DNA of 64,000 bases from an uncultured Acidimicrobiales bacterium. GTDB taxonomy: Bacteria > Actinomycetota > Geothermincolia > Fen-727 > Anoxymicrobiaceae. The translations under genes were made by a program, and so were the position numbers. Below are positions 60,455-64,000 of the stretch, one piece after another. The DNA is taken from positions 64,825 to 128,824 of the forward strand of contig CAZEJS010000001.1 in the NCBI GenBank assembly GCA_964512645.1. Reading direction: 5' to 3'. Position 1 is the first letter of the stretch. Every line of letters begins with the position of its first letter. The notes beneath the pieces are model-generated. The model did no database searches, was not told where the DNA came from, and saw only the letters and a list, made by a program, of their open reading frames with translations.

Positions 60455-61270
60455 ATGGCCGGCGGCGGAAGGAACGGAGTGATCGAACGCGGAAACCCGA
60501 AATCCATCAGGCGAGCGCTGGACGCGATAGGACTGACGTTCAGGCTGGCGAGGCTGCCCGGCAGCGGCAAGCACCCCTGGCTGCGACCGGACAAGACCGA
60601 CATGCGCTGGCTGCCGATCAACACCGACATCGAGATGCCCGGGAACGCCCCGATGCCGCTGGCGGTGCTCGACCGCCTGATCGAGGAGGCTTCGCACCGG
60701 GTGATATTCGACTACTGCGGCTGCCGGGTGGCGTACCGCTGCGAGAGCTACCCGCAGGAGATCGGCTGCCTGCTCCTTGGCGATTCGGCGCTGGAGTCAA
60801 GCCCGAAAGTCTCCCGGGAGGTCGGGGTCGAAGAGGCGAAAGAGCACGCCCGAAAGGCCGTGGACGCCGGGCTTGTCCCGATAGTGGGGAAAGCCAGGAT
60901 CGACAACGCCCTCTTCTCGATCAAGGACCGCGGCAGGCTTCTGACCGTATGCCTGTGTTGCGAATGCTGCTGCATCACCCGCAACATCCGCCACCTGCCC
61001 CTCGACAGGCTCGAGCCGCTCTTCCCACCGCTGGAGAGCGTGGAGATCGAAGTTACCGGCGACTGCACCGGCTGCGGGAAATGCGTGGAGCACTGCTACG
61101 TCGAGGCCATCACCGTCGAGGACGGCAGGGCGGTCATCGGCGAATACTGCCGTGCCTGCGGGCGCTGCGCCACCGTCTGTCCCGCGAACGCCGTCAGCGT
61201 TCGCCTCACCGACCCCGATTTCCTCGACAGAACGCTGGAACGAATAAGGTCTTACGTCAAGTACGACTGA
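60455..61270 (+). CDS. Iron-sulfur protein with unusual CxCCxCCC cluster plus two 4Fe-4S ferredoxin motifs
   Basis: LLTVCLCCECCCITRN (6 Cys in 8 residues), then CTGCGKCVEHC and CRACGRCATVCP. ATG 60455 with GGGAGG RBS. Confidence 0.55.
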   Translation: MAGGGRNGVIERGNPKSIRRALDAIGLTFRLARLPGSGKHPWLRPDKTDMRWLPINTDIEMPGNAPMPLAVLDRLIEEASHRVIFDYCGCRVAYRCESYPQEIGCLLLGDSALESSPKVSREVGVEEAKEHARKAVDAGLVPIVGKARIDNALFSIKDRGRLLTVCLCCECCCITRNIRHLPLDRLEPLFPPLESVEIEVTGDCTGCGKCVEHCYVEAITVEDGRAVIGEYCRACGRCATVCPANAVSVRLTDPDFLDRTLERIRSYVKYD

Positions 61271-61400
61271 TCCACCCCGCGCGGCGGCGGGGACGGGGGC
61301 CCCTCGCGGGCATTTCCTTCGGGCGACCCTGCCGGGGCGGCCCTCGAGCGAAAGGGCCGCCCTGGCGGGCGGCCCCATTCGAGTAAGATCTGTCTCAGCC

Positions 61401-62543
61401 CTACTTGCCCCCGAGCAGCGCCCTGGAAATGACCACGCGCTGGATCTGGTTGGTGCCCTCGTAGATCTGGGTGATCTTGGCGTCGCGCATCATGCGCTCC
61501 ATCGGGTAGTCCTTCATGTAGCCGACCCCGCCCATGAGCTGGAGGCAGTCGGTGGTGACCCTCATCGCGGCGTCGGTCGCGAAGCACTTGGCCATCGCGC
61601 TCAGGGCGCTGAAGCCCGGCTCCTGGGCGTCCACGGCGCACGCGGCGCGGTAGACTATGGAACGGGCCGCCTCCACCTGCATCGCCAGGTCCGCGACCAT
61701 GAACTGCAGCCCCTGGAGGGCGGCAATTGGACGGCCGAACTGCACGCGCTCCTTCATGTACGCGATGGCGACGTCGAGCGCGCCTGCCGCCACGCCGAGT
61801 CCCTGCGCCCCGATGGACGAGCGGGTACGGTCGAGCGTCATCATCGCCAGGTTGAACCCCTTGCCCTCTTCCCAGAGCAGGTTCTCGGCGGGGACCTCCA
61901 TGTCCTCGAAGATGAGCTCGGTTGTTGACGAGCCCCGGATGCCCATCTTGTCCTCGTGCTTGCCCACGCTGAAGCCCTGGTAATCCTTTTCGACTATGAA
62001 GGCCGAGATGCCCCTGACGCCCTTCTCGGGGTCGGTCATGGCGAACACGGAAAATATCTCGCCCACCCCGCCGTTGGTAATGAAGCACTTGGTGCCGTTG
62101 ATCACGTACCTGTCACCCTTCTTGACCGCGCGCGTTTTCATGCCAGCGGCGTCGGACCCCGCGTCCGGCTCGGTCAGGCCGAAGCCGCAAAGCTTCTCGC
62201 CGGAAGCCAGGGGGGGCAGGTACTTCTTCTTCTGCTCGTCGTTGGCGCCCAGCTTGATGGGCGTGGACCCCAGCTCCTGGCAGCCGATGATGAGCGAGGT
62301 GTTCACGCATACCTTGGCAAGCTCTTCGATGGCCACGCAGAGCGTGAGCAGGTCGGCGCCTTCGCCGCCGTACTCCTCTGGAAAAGGAAGGCCCATGAAG
62401 CCGTTCTCTTTCAGCTTCTCGACCATGTCCCAGGGGAACTCGCCCTTCTCGTCGATCTCGGCCGCCCGGGGCTCGACAACGTCCTTGGCGAACTGCCTGA
62501 TGGACTCCTGGAACATCTTCTGCTCTTCATTCAACGAAAACAT
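61401..62543 (-). CDS. Acyl-CoA dehydrogenase (short/branched-chain type)
   Basis: ACAD motifs (GFGLTEPDAGSD, YEGTNQIQRVVIS). 380 aa. Confidence 0.85.
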   Translation of the reverse strand: MFSLNEEQKMFQESIRQFAKDVVEPRAAEIDEKGEFPWDMVEKLKENGFMGLPFPEEYGGEGADLLTLCVAIEELAKVCVNTSLIIGCQELGSTPIKLGANDEQKKKYLPPLASGEKLCGFGLTEPDAGSDAAGMKTRAVKKGDRYVINGTKCFITNGGVGEIFSVFAMTDPEKGVRGISAFIVEKDYQGFSVGKHEDKMGIRGSSTTELIFEDMEVPAENLLWEEGKGFNLAMMTLDRTRSSIGAQGLGVAAGALDVAIAYMKERVQFGRPIAALQGLQFMVADLAMQVEAARSIVYRAACAVDAQEPGFSALSAMAKCFATDAAMRVTTDCLQLMGGVGYMKDYPMERMMRDAKITQIYEGTNQIQRVVISRALLGGK

Positions 62544-62591
62544 ACTCCACCTCCGCTTCTGTGCCGTCCTCGATCGCGGGCGACCGGGCGC

Positions 62592-63779
62592 TTATTCCAC
62601 CTTGACTATGACCGCGTCACCCTGGCCGCCTCCGCCGCATATCGCCGCGGCGCCGTAGCCGCCGCCGCGCCTGCGCAGCCCGTTGACCAGGCTCATCACT
62701 ATCCTCGCGCCGCTGGCCCCGACGGGGTGGCCGAGGGCAATGGCTCCTCCGTTGACGTTTATATTCTCGGCGGTCGCCGGGTCCAGCCCCAGCATCCTTG
62801 TCGAGTGCCAGCACACCGCGGCAAAGGCCTCGTTGATCTCGTAGAGGTCGATCTGGTCCGGGGTCATGTCGATCTTCGCCAGCGCCTTCTGGATCGAACC
62901 GCCGGGTACGGTCGCCAGGTATTCGGGCTTGTCGGACACCATCCCGTGGGAGACCACGGTGGCGAGCACGCTCAGCCCGAGTTCCTCGGCCTTTTCGCGG
63001 GACGTCACGACCAGGGAGGCCGCTCCGTCGTTGATGCCCGAGGCGTTCCCCGCGGTGATGGTGCCCTCCTTGCGGAACGCCGGCCTCAACCGAGCGAGCC
63101 CCTCGGCTGTGGTGTCCGGCCTGATATGCTCGTCCTGGTCGACGACCCTGACCTCTTTCTTCACCTTGACCTCCACGGGCACGATCTCCTCGGCCAGCCT
63201 GCCCGCCTGCTGCGCGGCCGCCGCCCTCTGGTGGCTTCGCGCCGCCCACAGGTCCTGGTCCTCGCGCGCGGTCCCGAACTCCTCGGCGACCCTGTCGGTG
63301 CCTTCGCCCATGTGCCAGTCGTTGATGGCGCACCACAGGGCGTCGTGGATCATGCCGTCCACCAGGGTGGCGTTGCCCATCCGGTAGCCGAATCGGCCCT
63401 TGGGCACGTAGTAGCACCCCTGGCTCATGCTCTCCATGCCGCCGGTCACTATCACGTCCGCGTCGCCGGCGCGGATTATCTGGTCCGCGAAGACCAGGGC
63501 GCTGATGCTGGATATGCAGACCTTGTTGACGTTAATCACCGGGAGGTCCGTCGGGAACCCGGCTTTGATGGACGCCTGTCTGGCGGGCATCTGCCCTACC
63601 CCCCCGGTAATGACCTGTCCCATTATCAGGTACTCCACCTGCTCGGGGTCGAGGGTGGACCTCTGGAGCGCTTCCTTTATCGCCGCCGCCCCCAGGTCAA
63701 CCGCGGGAACGTCCTTGAGGGCGCCCCCGAGGCGGCCGAAAGCGGTCCGCGCCATTCCTACGATCACAGTCTCCGCCAA
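62592..63779 (-). CDS. Acetyl-CoA C-acetyltransferase (thiolase II)
   Basis: Thiolase motifs ([12 protein letters not shown] active Cys region, [24 protein letters not shown]). TTG start ~63779 after AGGAGG. Confidence 0.85.
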   Translation of the reverse strand: MAETVIVGMARTAFGRLGGALKDVPAVDLGAAAIKEALQRSTLDPEQVEYLIMGQVITGGVGQMPARQASIKAGFPTDLPVINVNKVCISSISALVFADQIIRAGDADVIVTGGMESMSQGCYYVPKGRFGYRMGNATLVDGMIHDALWCAINDWHMGEGTDRVAEEFGTAREDQDLWAARSHQRAAAAQQAGRLAEEIVPVEVKVKKEVRVVDQDEHIRPDTTAEGLARLRPAFRKEGTITAGNASGINDGAASLVVTSREKAEELGLSVLATVVSHGMVSDKPEYLATVPGGSIQKALAKIDMTPDQIDLYEINEAFAAVCWHSTRMLGLDPATAENINVNGGAIALGHPVGASGARIVMSLVNGLRRRGGGYGAAAICGGGGQGDAVIVKVE

Positions 63780-63820
63780 CTCAATCAACCTCCTTGAAAA
63801 ATCGCAATGTCCCGAAAACT

Positions 63821-64000
63821 TCACATGCCGAGCGACCTCGACAGCACTATCCGCAGCACCTCCGAGGTCCCCTCGCCGATCTCCATGATCTTGGAGTCCC
63901 TGAAATACCGGCAGACCGGGTAATCCTCTATGTACCCGTAGCCGCCGTGGATCTGGACCGCGTCGCTCGCGACCCTCATGCAGGTCTCGCTGGCGAACAG
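63821..64000 (-). CDS. Acyl-CoA dehydrogenase, 3' end only (5' part beyond window)
   Basis: The minus-strand translation ends ..[30 protein letters not shown], which is the ACAD C-terminal signature. Confidence 0.7.
   Translation of the reverse strand: MFASETCMRVASDAVQIHGGYGYIEDYPVCRYFRDSKIMEIGEGTSEVLRIVLSRSLGM

Overview
The window is a gene-dense stretch of a high-GC bacterial chromosome (roughly two-thirds G+C by eye). I found no rRNA, tRNA, CRISPR array, integrase or transposase, so it looks like core or accessory metabolic DNA rather than a mobile element. Nearly all real genes are the ORFs with recognisable family motifs. The many long Arg/Gly/Pro-rich ORFs on the opposite strand are high-GC shadow ORFs and are rejected. 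The ORF track writes alternative starts (GTG/TTG) as M, so several starts were re-chosen using RBS context.

Main content, left to right:
- 1-9047: a 5'-truncated Fe-alcohol dehydrogenase, an FAD oxidoreductase, then a polymethylated-glucan locus. It runs SAM-methyltransferase, GH57 branching enzyme, GT4 glucosyltransferase, and convergently GalT-like, hexapeptide acyltransferase and a second methyltransferase. As I recall this is syntenic with the mycobacterial MGLP locus Rv3030-Rv3037c.
- 9207-14099: acyl-CoA dehydrogenase, crotonase, a split B12-dependent acyl-CoA mutase (large subunit plus stand-alone B12-binding subunit) and a CobO-type corrinoid adenosyltransferase.
- 14504-20080: a membrane protein, an L,D-transpeptidase, and a large secreted S8 subtilase carrying four ~110-aa C-terminal repeats.
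- 20305-22518: a short Pta-like protein and the alpha subunit of an ADP-forming acyl-CoA synthetase.
- 22710-40975: an ~18-kb, 17-gene co-directional cluster on the minus strand headed by a TetR regulator. Most junctions are 0-20 nt. It encodes a B12-binding subunit, MeaB G-protein, a GlcE/GlcF/GlcD-like FAD/Fe-S dehydrogenase, crotonase, a divergent second acyl-CoA mutase large subunit, an SDR, a ferredoxin, an unusually short AOR-family protein, a stand-alone BPL_N-like protein, HdrA, a NitT/TauT-type ABC transporter and an HdrD-like protein. I regard this as the best candidate for an undescribed anaerobic catabolic pathway.
- 41166-48322: Pro/Thr-repeat and polytopic membrane proteins, a PurM-like protein, PriA, then a radical-SAM/SPASM protein and a Cys-rich acidic protein lying directly downstream of class II (B12) ribonucleotide reductase NrdJ.
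- 50848-54264: a BKACE (Kce-like) enzyme, CoA-transferase A and B, and an ATP-grasp subunit of an ADP-forming acyl-CoA synthetase.
- 54261-64000: a PP2C phosphatase with TM, repeat and SH3b, an M28 peptidase, a BtrH_N-like protein, RarA, an Fe-S protein with a CxCCxCCC cluster, an acyl-CoA dehydrogenase, a thiolase and a partial acyl-CoA dehydrogenase.

All functional calls are from motif-level reading of the translations. No database search was run.
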